In this document: in pieces, positions 28,920 through 38,611 of the stretch | Position numbering within the stretch: the first letter of the stretch is position 1 | How the letters are laid out: each line of letters starts with the position of its first letter | From: Paludibacteraceae bacterium | GTDB lineage: Bacteria; Bacteroidota; Bacteroidia; Bacteroidales; Paludibacteraceae | Length of the DNA: 64,000 nt | NCBI GenBank assembly: GCA_045612045.1 | Contig: JAZKYJ010000022.1 | Location: forward strand, 3,284 to 67,283 | Reading direction: 5' to 3' | The notes under the pieces: model-generated | Databases searched by the model: none | Seen by the model: the letters and a program-made list of their open reading frames with translations, nothing else | What the model was told of the DNA's origin: nothing | Translations under genes and position numbers: made by a program

Positions 28920-30518
28920 TTATTTTTTGGCTTTGAGATGACGTTTGAGGGTTTGGATACATTCACGGCGCGCGATGATAACCGATGTGCCGTTATATGC
29001 AATTTCCTCACGTAAGATCTGCTTGATCTCTTCCATATGCTTAGGCAATGGCACTACCACATGCAAGTGCGCTGGCTCTACGCCAAGACCCTGGCAGATA
29101 GCCTCTAAACGACCGGTACCAGCTGAATCTTGACCTCCGGTCATACCTGTAGTGAGGTTATCAGAGATGAGCACCACCACATTGGACTTACAATTGACAC
29201 AGTCCAACAAGCCTGTCATACCCGAGTGGGTGAAGGTAGAGTCGCCAATAACCGCAATAGCAGGATGTTGGCCTGCATCTGCAGCACCTTTAGCCATAGT
29301 AATGCTGGCTCCCATCTCTACGCAAGCATGGATAGCGTTAAATGGCGCCAAAGCACCTAGGGTATAACAACCGATATCGCCAAAAATACGGGCATCGGCA
29401 TGCTCTGCTGCCACTTCGTTGAGAGCCGCATACATATCGCGGTGACCACAACCTTGGCACAATGCTGGTGGTCGTGGAGCAACGAGTTTATCAGGTTCGC
29501 GTGTAGGCAGTTTATCTAAGCCCAAGGCCTCGCGTACGCAGTCAGGAGAAAGCTCGCCCATACGAGGCAAGTCGCCCGTCAAACGGCCCTTGACAACTAC
29601 AGAGGATGGAACCATACCTCGAAGCAATTCTTCTACTACAGGTTGGCCTTCTTCCATCACGAGGATCTCCTCTGCACCATCTGCAACCATTTTATCAATA
29701 AGCGCTTGAGGCAAAGGATATTGTGTAACCTTAAGCACGGTCTCCTCGATATTGGCTTTAGCCTCACATAGGTAGTTGTATGCGATACCGGTAGTAAGGA
29801 TCGCTTTCTTAGGATTGGAACCCAAGGTGTAGCTATTGAAGTGTGACTCCTCGCTAGTACTAATGAAATCGGCTTGTGCATCTACGAGTTCGGCGTAGTT
29901 CTTGCGTGCGAAAGCAGGTAGGAGAATGAAGTGTTGTACATTCTCAGGTGCAGAGGCAGTATTTTGTTCACGTGGAGTGTCAATGAGCTCGACTACAGCA
30001 CGAGAGTGCGCCATACGCGTGGTGACACGCATGAGGATAGGCGTCTTGAGTGCTTCGGATAGGTCGAAAGCATAATGCATCATATCGTAAGCCTCTTGTT
30101 GGTTGCTAGGCTCGAGACATGGAATCATGGCAAACTTAGCATAAAAACGAGAATCTTGTTCGTTTTGTGAAGAGTGCATAGATGGATCATCAGCAGCGAG
30201 GACTACTAGACCACCGTTAACACCCGTAATAGCAGCATTCATAAAAGCGTCTGCGCACACATTCATACCGACGTGCTTCATGCACACAAGTGCACGCTTG
30301 CCCATATAAGACATGCCGAGAGCAGCCTCCATGGCGGTCTTCTCGTTGGTTGCCCATTGGCAGAAAATATTAGCTTTTTCACCTTGTGCTTTCTGGTGGA
30401 GCTGTATATATTCGGTAATCTCAGTAGATGGTGTGCCTGGATAGGCATATACACCGCTTAGTCCTGCGTCTATTGCGCCTCGCGCAATGGCTTCATCGCC
30501 AAGTAAAAGCTTTTTCAT
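28920..30518 (-). CDS. iorA: indolepyruvate:ferredoxin oxidoreductase subunit alpha
   Basis: About 532 aa with a TPP-dependent oxidoreductase pattern (GDEAIARGA, GDIGCYTLG, GDSTFTHSG). ATG at 30518 (MKKLLLG) is preferred over the TTG at 30524. Confidence 0.85.
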   Translation of the reverse strand: MKKLLLGDEAIARGAIDAGLSGVYAYPGTPSTEITEYIQLHQKAQGEKANIFCQWATNEKTAMEAALGMSYMGKRALVCMKHVGMNVCADAFMNAAITGVNGGLVVLAADDPSMHSSQNEQDSRFYAKFAMIPCLEPSNQQEAYDMMHYAFDLSEALKTPILMRVTTRMAHSRAVVELIDTPREQNTASAPENVQHFILLPAFARKNYAELVDAQADFISTSEESHFNSYTLGSNPKKAILTTGIAYNYLCEAKANIEETVLKVTQYPLPQALIDKMVADGAEEILVMEEGQPVVEELLRGMVPSSVVVKGRLTGDLPRMGELSPDCVREALGLDKLPTREPDKLVAPRPPALCQGCGHRDMYAALNEVAAEHADARIFGDIGCYTLGALAPFNAIHACVEMGASITMAKGAADAGQHPAIAVIGDSTFTHSGMTGLLDCVNCKSNVVVLISDNLTTGMTGGQDSAGTGRLEAICQGLGVEPAHLHVVVPLPKHMEEIKQILREEIAYNGTSVIIARRECIQTLKRHLKAKK

Positions 30519-30566
30519 GGACAATAAAAAATTTTTTAGTTCTTAGTTATGTATAATTAGTTGCCG

Positions 30567-30574
30567 CAAAATTA
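30567..30574 (-). promoter_or_regulatory. -7 promoter box (TAATTTTG on minus strand) for iorAB
   Basis: Plus strand reads caaaatta, 43-49 nt upstream of the iorA start. Confidence 0.4.
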
Positions 30575-30709
30575 CAAAAAAAAAATAAAACTAGAAAATT
30601 ATTTATGATATTTTTTAAATATATGTTGTTAAACATAAACAAAGTTACAATATCTTGTGAATTTTAATTAAATTTGCAAGATTGCCTTGTACAATCAAAA
30701 AAAAAGTTG

Positions 30710-30717
30710 TAACTTTG
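30710..30717 (+). promoter_or_regulatory. -7 promoter box TAACTTTG for ettA
   Basis: Exact TAnnTTTG match 84 nt upstream of the ATG at 30801. Confidence 0.45.
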
Positions 30718-30800
30718 CACCCAAATGCATTTTGCGCATCTCACACGTCATGTACTGAAAGGGAAAACTATTATACGACAATATTCACAAAAATATCAAT

Positions 30801-32474
30801 ATGGCAGACGACAAAAAGATCATCTTTTCAATGGTGGGCGTTAGCAAAAGCTTCTCACCACAAAAAAAAGTTTTGAACGACATTTATCTTAGTTTCTTCT
30901 ACGGAGCTAAAATTGGCATCATTGGTCTCAATGGCGCAGGTAAATCAACCCTTCTTAAAATCATTGCTGGTATAGAAAAGAACTACGAAGGAGAAGTAGT
31001 TTTCTCACCTGGTTATAGTGTGGGATATCTAGAGCAAGACCCTCAATTAGACCCAGAAAAAACCGTCCGCGAATGTGTACAAGAAGGAGTACAACCTATC
31101 ATGGACATGCTGGCAGAATACGATGCCATCAACATGGCATTCGCCGAACCTGACGCTGATTTTGACAAACTTTTAGCACGCCAAGCAGAACTCCAAGACA
31201 AACTAGATAGCGCAGATGCTTGGAATATAGACACACGCCTCGATCGAGCTATGGACGCTCTGCGCTGTCCAGCTGACGACGCGTTAGTAAAACACCTATC
31301 CGGAGGCGAACGTCGCCGCGTAGCTTTATGCAGACTACTTTTACAACAACCTGACATTCTGCTTCTTGACGAGCCTACCAACCACCTTGACGCTGAGTCA
31401 ATCGACTGGTTAGAGCAACACCTACATCAATACGCGGGTACAGTCATCTGCATCACTCACGACCGCTATTTCCTAGACAATGTTGCCGGTTGGATTTTAG
31501 AGTTAGACCGTGGCGAAGGTATTCCATGGAAGGGCAATTACTCTTCTTGGCTCGAGCAAAAAACGGCTCGCATGGCTATGGAGGAGAAGCAAGCTAGCAA
31601 GCGCAGAAAAACCCTTGAACGAGAATTGGAATGGGTACGCATGGCACCTAAGGCCCGTCAAGCCAAAGGTAAAGCACGTTTGGCAGCATATGATCGCATG
31701 CTGAACGAAGAGCAGAAAGAGAGAGAAGAGAAGCTTGAGATCTTTATCCCTAATGGTCCACGTTTGGGTAACAAGGTCATCAATGCAGAAGGAGTAAGCA
31801 AGGCCTTTGGCGACAAGCTCCTATTTGAGAACCTCGACTTTATGCTTCCTCCTAACGGAATCGTTGGTATCATCGGTCCTAATGGTGCGGGCAAAACCAC
31901 ACTTTTCCGCATGATCATGGGCATGGAGCAGGCCGACAAAGGTACTTTTGCCGTGGGCGAGACTGTGCGTGTAGGTTATGTAGACCAAGTGCACTCCAAT
32001 ATTGATCCAAACAAGAGCGTCTTCGAGATGATCGCTGATGGTACCGAGTATATCCGCGTGGGCGGTCGTGAAGTAAATGCACGAGCATATCTGAGTCGCT
32101 TCAACTTCACAGGAGCCGACCAAGAGAAGAAATGCGGAGTGCTTTCGGGTGGTGAGCGCAATCGACTACACCTGGCTCTAACGCTCAAATCCGAAGCCAA
32201 CGTCCTCCTTCTCGACGAGCCTACCAACGACATTGACGTAAACACTTTGCGTGCACTAGAGGAAGGTTTGGAGAACTTCGCAGGATGTGCTGTAGTAATC
32301 TCGCACGACCGCTGGTTCCTCGATCGTATCTGTACCCACATCTTAGCTTTTGAAGGCGATAGCAAAGTATTCTGGTTTGAAGGCAGTTACTCAGAATATG
32401 AGGCTAACAAGAAGATGCGCCTTGGAGAAGATGCCAACGAGCCTAAACGCGTGAGATATCGCAAGTTGGAGTAA
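30801..32474 (+). CDS. ettA: energy-dependent translational throttle protein (ABC-F)
   Basis: 557-aa ORF with two ABC cassettes (GLNGAGKST / LSGGERRR and GPNGAGKTT / LSGGERNR). The N-terminus IFSM.GVSK and the size are typical of EttA. Confidence 0.9.
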   Translation: MADDKKIIFSMVGVSKSFSPQKKVLNDIYLSFFYGAKIGIIGLNGAGKSTLLKIIAGIEKNYEGEVVFSPGYSVGYLEQDPQLDPEKTVRECVQEGVQPIMDMLAEYDAINMAFAEPDADFDKLLARQAELQDKLDSADAWNIDTRLDRAMDALRCPADDALVKHLSGGERRRVALCRLLLQQPDILLLDEPTNHLDAESIDWLEQHLHQYAGTVICITHDRYFLDNVAGWILELDRGEGIPWKGNYSSWLEQKTARMAMEEKQASKRRKTLERELEWVRMAPKARQAKGKARLAAYDRMLNEEQKEREEKLEIFIPNGPRLGNKVINAEGVSKAFGDKLLFENLDFMLPPNGIVGIIGPNGAGKTTLFRMIMGMEQADKGTFAVGETVRVGYVDQVHSNIDPNKSVFEMIADGTEYIRVGGREVNARAYLSRFNFTGADQEKKCGVLSGGERNRLHLALTLKSEANVLLLDEPTNDIDVNTLRALEEGLENFAGCAVVISHDRWFLDRICTHILAFEGDSKVFWFEGSYSEYEANKKMRLGEDANEPKRVRYRKLE

Positions 32475-32499
32475 TACTACCTGCAACATACCAAATCCA

Positions 32500-32533
32500 A
32501 ACAACAACCCAGAATCTGGGTTGTTGTTTTTTT
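32500..32533 (+). terminator. Rho-independent terminator after ettA
   Basis: 13-bp stem aacaacaacccag / ctgggttgttgtt followed by a T-run. Confidence 0.85.
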
Positions 32534-32676
32534 ATGCTCATAACAACCTCTACTACGCTCTCTTTCTACAAGTAGAAACAGTGGCAAAATCTCAACGTTT
32601 TTTAGATTTTTCAAGCATTTTGTCATAATATCGAGAAAAGAGAGCAAAAAAAGTTGTATATATCAAAAAATAATCG

Positions 32677-32684
32677 TACCTTTG
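32677..32684 (+). promoter_or_regulatory. -7 promoter box TACCTTTG for tex
   Basis: Exact TAnnTTTG match ending 4 nt before the GTG at 32689. Confidence 0.4.
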
Positions 32685-32688
32685 CACC

Positions 32689-34812
32689 GTGGAATGTTTT
32701 AGACTTATATCAACTCGCTTAGGTATTGCCACCAAACAGGTGGCCGCTACAGTTGCGCTCCTCAATGAGAACGCTACTATACCTTTTATTGCCCGTTATC
32801 GCAAAGAGCAGACGGGTAGTCTGGATGAAGTACAGATTGCTGCTATTGCAGACGAATATCATCGTTTCTTGGAGATTGAGGATCGAAAAGCTACTATCCT
32901 CCGTACGATCGAAGAGCAAGGCAAGCTTACTGATCAGTTGCGTCAACGCATCGAGCAATGCTGGGATGCTACCGAGCTAGAGGATATCTACCTACCCTAC
33001 AAACCTCACCGCAAGACCCGTGCTGACGTAGCACGCGAGAAAGGTCTAGAGCCACTAGCTAATGCCATATTAGAGCAGAAACTTCCGCTCGACATGATTC
33101 TTCAGAATCCACAATTAAAGTTTCAAGATTCCGTAGAAGAAGCTCTGCAAGGAGCGCGAGACATCATCGCGGAGCAAATTAGTCAAGATGAAAAAGCACG
33201 TAATGGCATACGCCGAGAGTTTACCTATTCGGCCATCATCACTACCAAGCTAATCAAAGGCAAGGAGCAAGACCCCGAAGCACTCAAGTACAAAGATTAT
33301 TTTGCTATCTCCGAGCCTCTCAAGCGTATTTCTTCGCACCGACTATTGGCAATTCGCAGAGCTGAAAACGAAGGAATCATTCGCGTAGAGATATCTCCTG
33401 ACAGAGAAAAAGCACTTGACAAACTAGCTGCCATCTTCCTTAAGGCCGACAACGACACTGCTTACCAAGTAGAATTAGCCATGGAGGACAGCTACAAGCG
33501 TCTGCTGAAGCCAGCCATAGAGACTGAGTTTGCAGCTCTAAGTAAGGATAAGGCTGACGAAGAGGCTATTCGTGTGTTTACCAGCAATCTTCGCCAATTG
33601 CTGCTCGAGTCGCCACTCGGACAAAAGCGTGTGTTGGCATTGGATCCAGGTTTCCGTACGGGATGCAAAACAGTTGTGCTATCGGCACAAGGCGACCTAT
33701 TGCACCATACAGTAGTATACGTCAACAATCTGGCATCCATCAAAACGATACAACAACTCATTGCGCAATATGACATCCAAGCTATTGCAATTGGCAATGG
33801 TACAGCGTCGCGCGAATGCGAGCAAATGGTGAAAATAGCCATCGAGAAGATACAACCAACGCCACAAGTCTTTGTAGTCAGCGAAAGTGGAGCATCTGTA
33901 TATTCGGCTAGCAAAACAGCCAGAGAAGAGTTCCCCAACGAAGATGTTACTGTGCGCGGAGCTGTATCAATTGGCAGACGACTCATGGACCCTCTGGCGG
34001 AATTAGTAAAGATCGATCCTAAATCCATAGGCGTAGGGCAATACCAGCACGATGTCAATCAAACTCGCCTGGGCGAGAGTCTTAAGCTTACTGTAGAAAG
34101 CGTAGTCAACAGCGTGGGAGTCGATGTGAATACTGCAAGCAAGCATATCCTTACATATATCTCAGGTCTCGGTCCTACCATTGCGCAAAACATCGTCAAC
34201 TATCGTAGCGAGAACGGAGCATTCCCTAATCGCAAAGCGCTATTGAAAGTACCAAAGATGGGCGCAAAGACCTACGAACAAGCGGCAGGATTCTTGCGCG
34301 TCAGCAACTCTGACATGCCACTAGACAACTCGGCTGTACACCCAGAGAGTTATGGTATTGTCGAGCAAATGGCCAAAGACCTTCAATGCTCTGTACTAGA
34401 CCTGATGAGCAGCCCTGCTCTTCGAGGGCAGATCGATCTAAAGCGTTATGTAACCGACAAAGTGGGATTGCCTACCCTGCAGGATATCCTCCACGAATTG
34501 GAGAAACCTAGTAGAGATCCCCGTCAACAACTCGAAGAATGGCATTTCGACGAAAACGTACACACCATCGATGACCTGCAGATAGGAATGGTGCTGCCTG
34601 GTATCGTAACCAATATTGCCAATTTCGGAGCCTTCGTGGATATTGGTGTACATAAAGACGGACTCGTACATATCTCCGAGATGGCCAACCGCCGTATTTC
34701 CAATCCTAACGAAGTACTCACCTTGCACCAACACGTGCGCGTACGCGTGATTGATATAGATAAGGATAGAGGACGAATACAACTCTCGTTGAAACAAACG
34801 GGGCATAATTGA
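32689..34812 (+). CDS. tex: Tex-like RNA-binding transcription accessory protein
   Basis: 707-aa ORF with IPFIARYRKEQTG, a YqgF-like and HhH region, and a C-terminal S1 domain (GIVTNIANFGAFVDIG). The start codon is uncertain (GTG, no upstream ATG in frame). Confidence 0.9.
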   Translation: MECFRLISTRLGIATKQVAATVALLNENATIPFIARYRKEQTGSLDEVQIAAIADEYHRFLEIEDRKATILRTIEEQGKLTDQLRQRIEQCWDATELEDIYLPYKPHRKTRADVAREKGLEPLANAILEQKLPLDMILQNPQLKFQDSVEEALQGARDIIAEQISQDEKARNGIRREFTYSAIITTKLIKGKEQDPEALKYKDYFAISEPLKRISSHRLLAIRRAENEGIIRVEISPDREKALDKLAAIFLKADNDTAYQVELAMEDSYKRLLKPAIETEFAALSKDKADEEAIRVFTSNLRQLLLESPLGQKRVLALDPGFRTGCKTVVLSAQGDLLHHTVVYVNNLASIKTIQQLIAQYDIQAIAIGNGTASRECEQMVKIAIEKIQPTPQVFVVSESGASVYSASKTAREEFPNEDVTVRGAVSIGRRLMDPLAELVKIDPKSIGVGQYQHDVNQTRLGESLKLTVESVVNSVGVDVNTASKHILTYISGLGPTIAQNIVNYRSENGAFPNRKALLKVPKMGAKTYEQAAGFLRVSNSDMPLDNSAVHPESYGIVEQMAKDLQCSVLDLMSSPALRGQIDLKRYVTDKVGLPTLQDILHELEKPSRDPRQQLEEWHFDENVHTIDDLQIGMVLPGIVTNIANFGAFVDIGVHKDGLVHISEMANRRISNPNEVLTLHQHVRVRVIDIDKDRGRIQLSLKQTGHN

Positions 34813-34832
34813 AACAATTAACAACAATACAT

Positions 34833-35303
34833 ATGAAAAAGCTTCTAACAATCACAATGATGGTAGTATGTGCAATTGCATTGCACGCTCAACTGCCCAA
34901 TGTACAACTAAAAGACGTCAATGGCAAAACCGTTCAAACTGGCGAGATTAGCAATGACGGCAAACCTATTATCATCTCCTTCTGGGCCACATGGTGCAAA
35001 CCATGCTTGCGCGAGCTCAAAGCCATACACGAGGTATATCCTGACTGGCAAGATGAGACCGGCGTGAAGATGATCATCGTGAGCATCGACCAAGCCCAAG
35101 ATGCAAACAAGGTAAAACCATTGGTAGATGGTTTTGGATGGGAGTACGAGGTATTGCTCGACCCTAATGGCGACTTCAAACGTGCCATGAACGTACAAAA
35201 CGTACCTCACGTATTCGTACTCAATGGCAAAGGCAAGATCGTATACAACCATGCTGGTTATGTAGACGGTGGCGAAGAGGATATCTACGAAGCATTGCAA
35301 TAA
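34833..35303 (+). CDS. TlpA-like thioredoxin-fold protein-disulfide reductase
   Basis: Signal peptide plus the redox motif FWATWCKPC. ATG at 34833 is preferred over the TTG at 34809, which overlaps the tex stop. Confidence 0.75.
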   Translation: MKKLLTITMMVVCAIALHAQLPNVQLKDVNGKTVQTGEISNDGKPIIISFWATWCKPCLRELKAIHEVYPDWQDETGVKMIIVSIDQAQDANKVKPLVDGFGWEYEVLLDPNGDFKRAMNVQNVPHVFVLNGKGKIVYNHAGYVDGGEEDIYEALQ

Positions 35304-35344
35304 AGCATCCCCAACCTTTGTACAACCCATATCGTTCCCTATCT

Positions 35345-35370
35345 ATTACGGGTTCATTACGGGTTCATAC
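35345..35370. repeat. Copy of the intergenic motif ATTACGGGWTCATWACGGGTTYATAC (tandem 11-mer)
   Basis: attacgggttc attacgggttc atac matches 23 of 26 positions of 22376-22401. Confidence 0.7.
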
Positions 35371-35395
35371 CGAAGGTTAAAGGAAACCACATAAG

Positions 35396-37078
35396 ATGAA
35401 AATCAGAAAATACATACTCACTCTCGCCCTCTTGCCTACTCTGCTATGGGCGCAAGATACAGTCGTAGTGGTAGGTGGCATTCAGCACGAAGGCCTCTTT
35501 CCTACTGACATGAGCGAAGTGCCTCAACAACCCGACTGGGCAAAGATTACCCACCTGAGCAACACATATCTAGATTTAGGTGTTCGTTGGGAGCACAACC
35601 AAGAAGATCAGCATTTCCGTGGGCTAGAACTAGTTACTCGTGCCGAACTCACTCAGTGGCCTATGCTAGGTTACGATGCTAACTTCGGCGGACATGGTAT
35701 CAGCCACCTGCACCTGGGTGCCAACTTCAGTTGGGGTAAGATCACCGTTGGTGATGTATATGGTCAGTTTGGTAGTGGCATGGTGTTGCGCCTATACGAA
35801 GATCGTGCTTTAGGTGTAGACAATGCGCTTCGCGGCGGAAAAATCGAAGCTACACCCTACAAAGGTATCTTCATCGAAGCCTTAGGTGGTAAGCAACGCC
35901 GCTATTGGAACTGCTACGACGATGGCGCATGGGGATGGAACTACAAGCAAGATGCCGTACTGGGAGCCAACCTAGAGTTGGGATTACACGAATGGATTCC
36001 ACAGTTGCAAGAAGCAGGTGCCAACCTCACCATAGGTGGAAGCTACGTGAGCAAGTATCAGAAAGAGGACACCATCATCTTTAGCACCGTGATCCAACCA
36101 GAAGGCAAATACGACTACTATTACAACCTACCCGAATGGGTGGGAGCTGGTAGCGTACGAGCACAATTGCAGATGAAAGGTTGGAACGCCATGGTAGAAT
36201 ATGCCTACAAGGCTAACGATCCAACCATCGTGAATAAATATAGTTACGACCCAGGTCAAGCATTGCTCTTGTCATTGAGTTATTCGCAAAAGGGATTGGC
36301 TATTATCGCGCAAGCCAAGCGTTCGGAAAACATGTCCTTCCGTTCGGATCGCGGACTAAACAACATGTCGGGTACGATCAACCACATGACCCCATTTGCC
36401 AACCAGCACACCTATATGCTCACCTCACTCTATCCATATGGTACCAACGCTACAGCCAGCGAGTGGGCTTTTCAGGGTGAAGTGCGCTATACATTCAAGC
36501 GAGGAACAGCCATGGGTGGAAAGTATGGTACTACTCTCAAACTCAATGCCTCTCATATCCGCGGCACAACCGACACATGGTTTGGCATGAGCCAAACACC
36601 TTATTACACCGATATCAACCTAGAACTCAATAAGAAACTCACCAAAGAATGGTATATCGGTGCGATGGCGATGTATCAGACCTACAATAAACATGCTATC
36701 GAAGGTCACGGCGATCTCATTCATGCGGGTATAGGTGTGGTAGAGGCCAAGTATGCGCTAAACAAGAAAGTGCAGATGCGTGCTGAGCTACAATACATGT
36801 ACACCAAGCAAGACGAAGGTCAATGGGTAGCTGCCCTGTACGAACTGAGTCTATTCCGCCAATTGGTGCTCTCTGGTCAATGGATGTACAATATTGGTTA
36901 TGCACACGAAGCTACCAACGAACACTACTATACCGTAGCTGCCACATACACCCATGGTGCACACCGTGTGATGGCTGGATATACCAAAACGCGTGAGGGA
37001 TTCAACTGCTCGGGCGGTGTATGTAGATATGTGCCAAAGCAAGAGGGTGTTAGTTTGACGTATAATTTTACGTGGTAA
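35396..37078 (+). CDS. outer-membrane beta-barrel protein (DUF6029-like)
   Basis: 560-aa ORF with a signal peptide, alternating aromatic/hydrophilic strands and a terminal YNFTW. GDVYGQFGSGMVLRLYEDRALGVDN matches my recollection of DUF6029. Confidence 0.55.
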   Translation: MKIRKYILTLALLPTLLWAQDTVVVVGGIQHEGLFPTDMSEVPQQPDWAKITHLSNTYLDLGVRWEHNQEDQHFRGLELVTRAELTQWPMLGYDANFGGHGISHLHLGANFSWGKITVGDVYGQFGSGMVLRLYEDRALGVDNALRGGKIEATPYKGIFIEALGGKQRRYWNCYDDGAWGWNYKQDAVLGANLELGLHEWIPQLQEAGANLTIGGSYVSKYQKEDTIIFSTVIQPEGKYDYYYNLPEWVGAGSVRAQLQMKGWNAMVEYAYKANDPTIVNKYSYDPGQALLLSLSYSQKGLAIIAQAKRSENMSFRSDRGLNNMSGTINHMTPFANQHTYMLTSLYPYGTNATASEWAFQGEVRYTFKRGTAMGGKYGTTLKLNASHIRGTTDTWFGMSQTPYYTDINLELNKKLTKEWYIGAMAMYQTYNKHAIEGHGDLIHAGIGVVEAKYALNKKVQMRAELQYMYTKQDEGQWVAALYELSLFRQLVLSGQWMYNIGYAHEATNEHYYTVAATYTHGAHRVMAGYTKTREGFNCSGGVCRYVPKQEGVSLTYNFTW

Positions 37079-37080
37079 AA

Positions 37081-37117
37081 TAGATCGTTTCGCTGAAGAT
37101 CGGCCTTTGGCCCGTAG
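37081..37117. repeat. Miniature copy of the composite repeat family
   Basis: tagatcgtttcgctgaagatcgg resembles 1.5 units of the 15-bp minisatellite. It is followed by the ggcctttggcccgtag mini-hairpin + CGTAG. It lies in the 54-bp gap between two genes. Confidence 0.55.
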
Positions 37118-37132
37118 AAAAAACAAAAGAAG

Positions 37133-37963
37133 ATGAAGATAAATTGGAAACATATAACCATGTTGTTGGCAGTCGTACTGCTGGCAGCTTGCGAAGTCAT
37201 ACCTAGTGGTCAACGTGAGGAAGTGATCTTCACTCCTGCTGATCCTAGTGCGGTCAAGCGTACATCATTGCTTATCGAGTATTCAGGATGGCAATGCGTC
37301 AACTGTCCTACAGCGGCAGAGGAGGCACACTATCTCAAGGAGCAATATGGAGAGAAACTAGTAGTAGTAGTGATGCACCCCGAGAGTAATCCTAACACTC
37401 GTCATAACAACAAGCCAGCCCTCAACTACACTTGTCCTGAGGCAGATAGCATCTATATTATGATGGGTGGAACCAACACCACACCTTTCCCTACGGGTAA
37501 TGTAAATATGGTCAAGGATGCTACCAAGGGGTACTTCAACGACTACGACAATTGGGCTACCCTTATTAGCCAAGCGTATGCTGCTCCCAAGCCTGTGCTG
37601 CTATCACAAGATGCCACTTGCATCGATACAAATCTCGTATTCCTAGAAGTAGTCATTACCAACCTCGATACGCTTGCTATCGATGCCACACTACAAGTTT
37701 GGCTTACCGAAGACTCTGTGATAGGTAGCCAGAAGAAGCCAGAAGGTACAGATAAGGCGTATGCGCACAACCACCTCATGCGTGCTTCCATCACACCACT
37801 ATGGGGAGAAAGATTGCCTATAGACGCACATATGACTCATCAAGTAGTATACGAATATACCCTACCCGATAATGTGGTAAAGGAGAACTGCAATATCGTA
37901 GCACTAGTAAGTGTGAATGGCGAAGTGGTACAAGCCCATGAGACGAAAATCATAATCGAATAA
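37133..37963 (+). CDS. Omp28-related thioredoxin-fold lipoprotein
   Basis: Lipobox LLAAC and a CxxC motif in YSGWQCVNCP. It is a paralogue of the 38612 gene (shared ENCN[IV]VA.. pattern). Confidence 0.55.
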   Translation: MKINWKHITMLLAVVLLAACEVIPSGQREEVIFTPADPSAVKRTSLLIEYSGWQCVNCPTAAEEAHYLKEQYGEKLVVVVMHPESNPNTRHNNKPALNYTCPEADSIYIMMGGTNTTPFPTGNVNMVKDATKGYFNDYDNWATLISQAYAAPKPVLLSQDATCIDTNLVFLEVVITNLDTLAIDATLQVWLTEDSVIGSQKKPEGTDKAYAHNHLMRASITPLWGERLPIDAHMTHQVVYEYTLPDNVVKENCNIVALVSVNGEVVQAHETKIIIE

Positions 37964-37981
37964 TTATAAAACAACAACGAT

Positions 37982-38587
37982 ATGAAGAAATTTTTAACTA
38001 CTGTTTTGGTGCTATGCGCTGCATTCAGTATGCAAGCAGCATTGCACTTAACCGTTAATCAAGTGATTGACGATGAAGAAGTTGCAACTGACATCACCCA
38101 AAGCACCACCCTTCTCGTAACCGAATACGAGTGGGACGAGGATCTTGAGGAGGCGACCATGGGTATTACTGGTCAATTGTACTCCGACGAATCACAAAAC
38201 ATCACCGTAACTATCACACGACAACGTACTGATGTAATTGATCAATTCTGTGCAGCAAGCAACTGTGTACCAGGTAATGGTGGATTGACTCAAGTTTGTA
38301 ACTTCACCATTGGTACTATGGCTATGCAACGTAGTTGGTTTACTCACTACACTCCTACGGAGGCTAGCAATGAGGTAATCAGTTATGAGTTTAACGATGG
38401 TGTGAATCCAACCATCACATTGACCATCAAGTATAGCTATCTCATGACCGCACTAGAGCAAGTGGTAGCGCCACAATACAATGGCAAAATTTACAATATT
38501 CTTGGCCAACTAATGCCAGCTACTGAACTCAGCGAATTACCTAAAGGCATTTATATCATCAATGGTAAGAAATACATCAAACAATAA
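37982..38587 (+). CDS. T9SS C-terminal-domain secreted protein, function unknown
   Basis: Signal peptide, and a C-terminus IYNILGQLM....LSELPKGIYIINGKKYIK typical of the type A T9SS sorting domain. Confidence 0.6.
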   Translation: MKKFLTTVLVLCAAFSMQAALHLTVNQVIDDEEVATDITQSTTLLVTEYEWDEDLEEATMGITGQLYSDESQNITVTITRQRTDVIDQFCAASNCVPGNGGLTQVCNFTIGTMAMQRSWFTHYTPTEASNEVISYEFNDGVNPTITLTIKYSYLMTALEQVVAPQYNGKIYNILGQLMPATELSELPKGIYIINGKKYIKQ

Positions 38588-38611
38588 TATTAACTGTTTA
38601 ATTTTTAAGGT

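Noticed and set aside
30525-30800. An AT-rich 276-bp divergent gap at the switch from about 30 kb of minus-strand genes to about 15 kb of plus-strand genes might be a replication origin.
   Set aside because: I found no cluster of DnaA boxes (TTATCCACA/TGTGGATAA), only one weak tgtgaattt. No dnaA or dnaN is nearby, and the co-orientation breaks again at 45.5 kb. A cumulative GC-skew plot of the whole genome would settle it.
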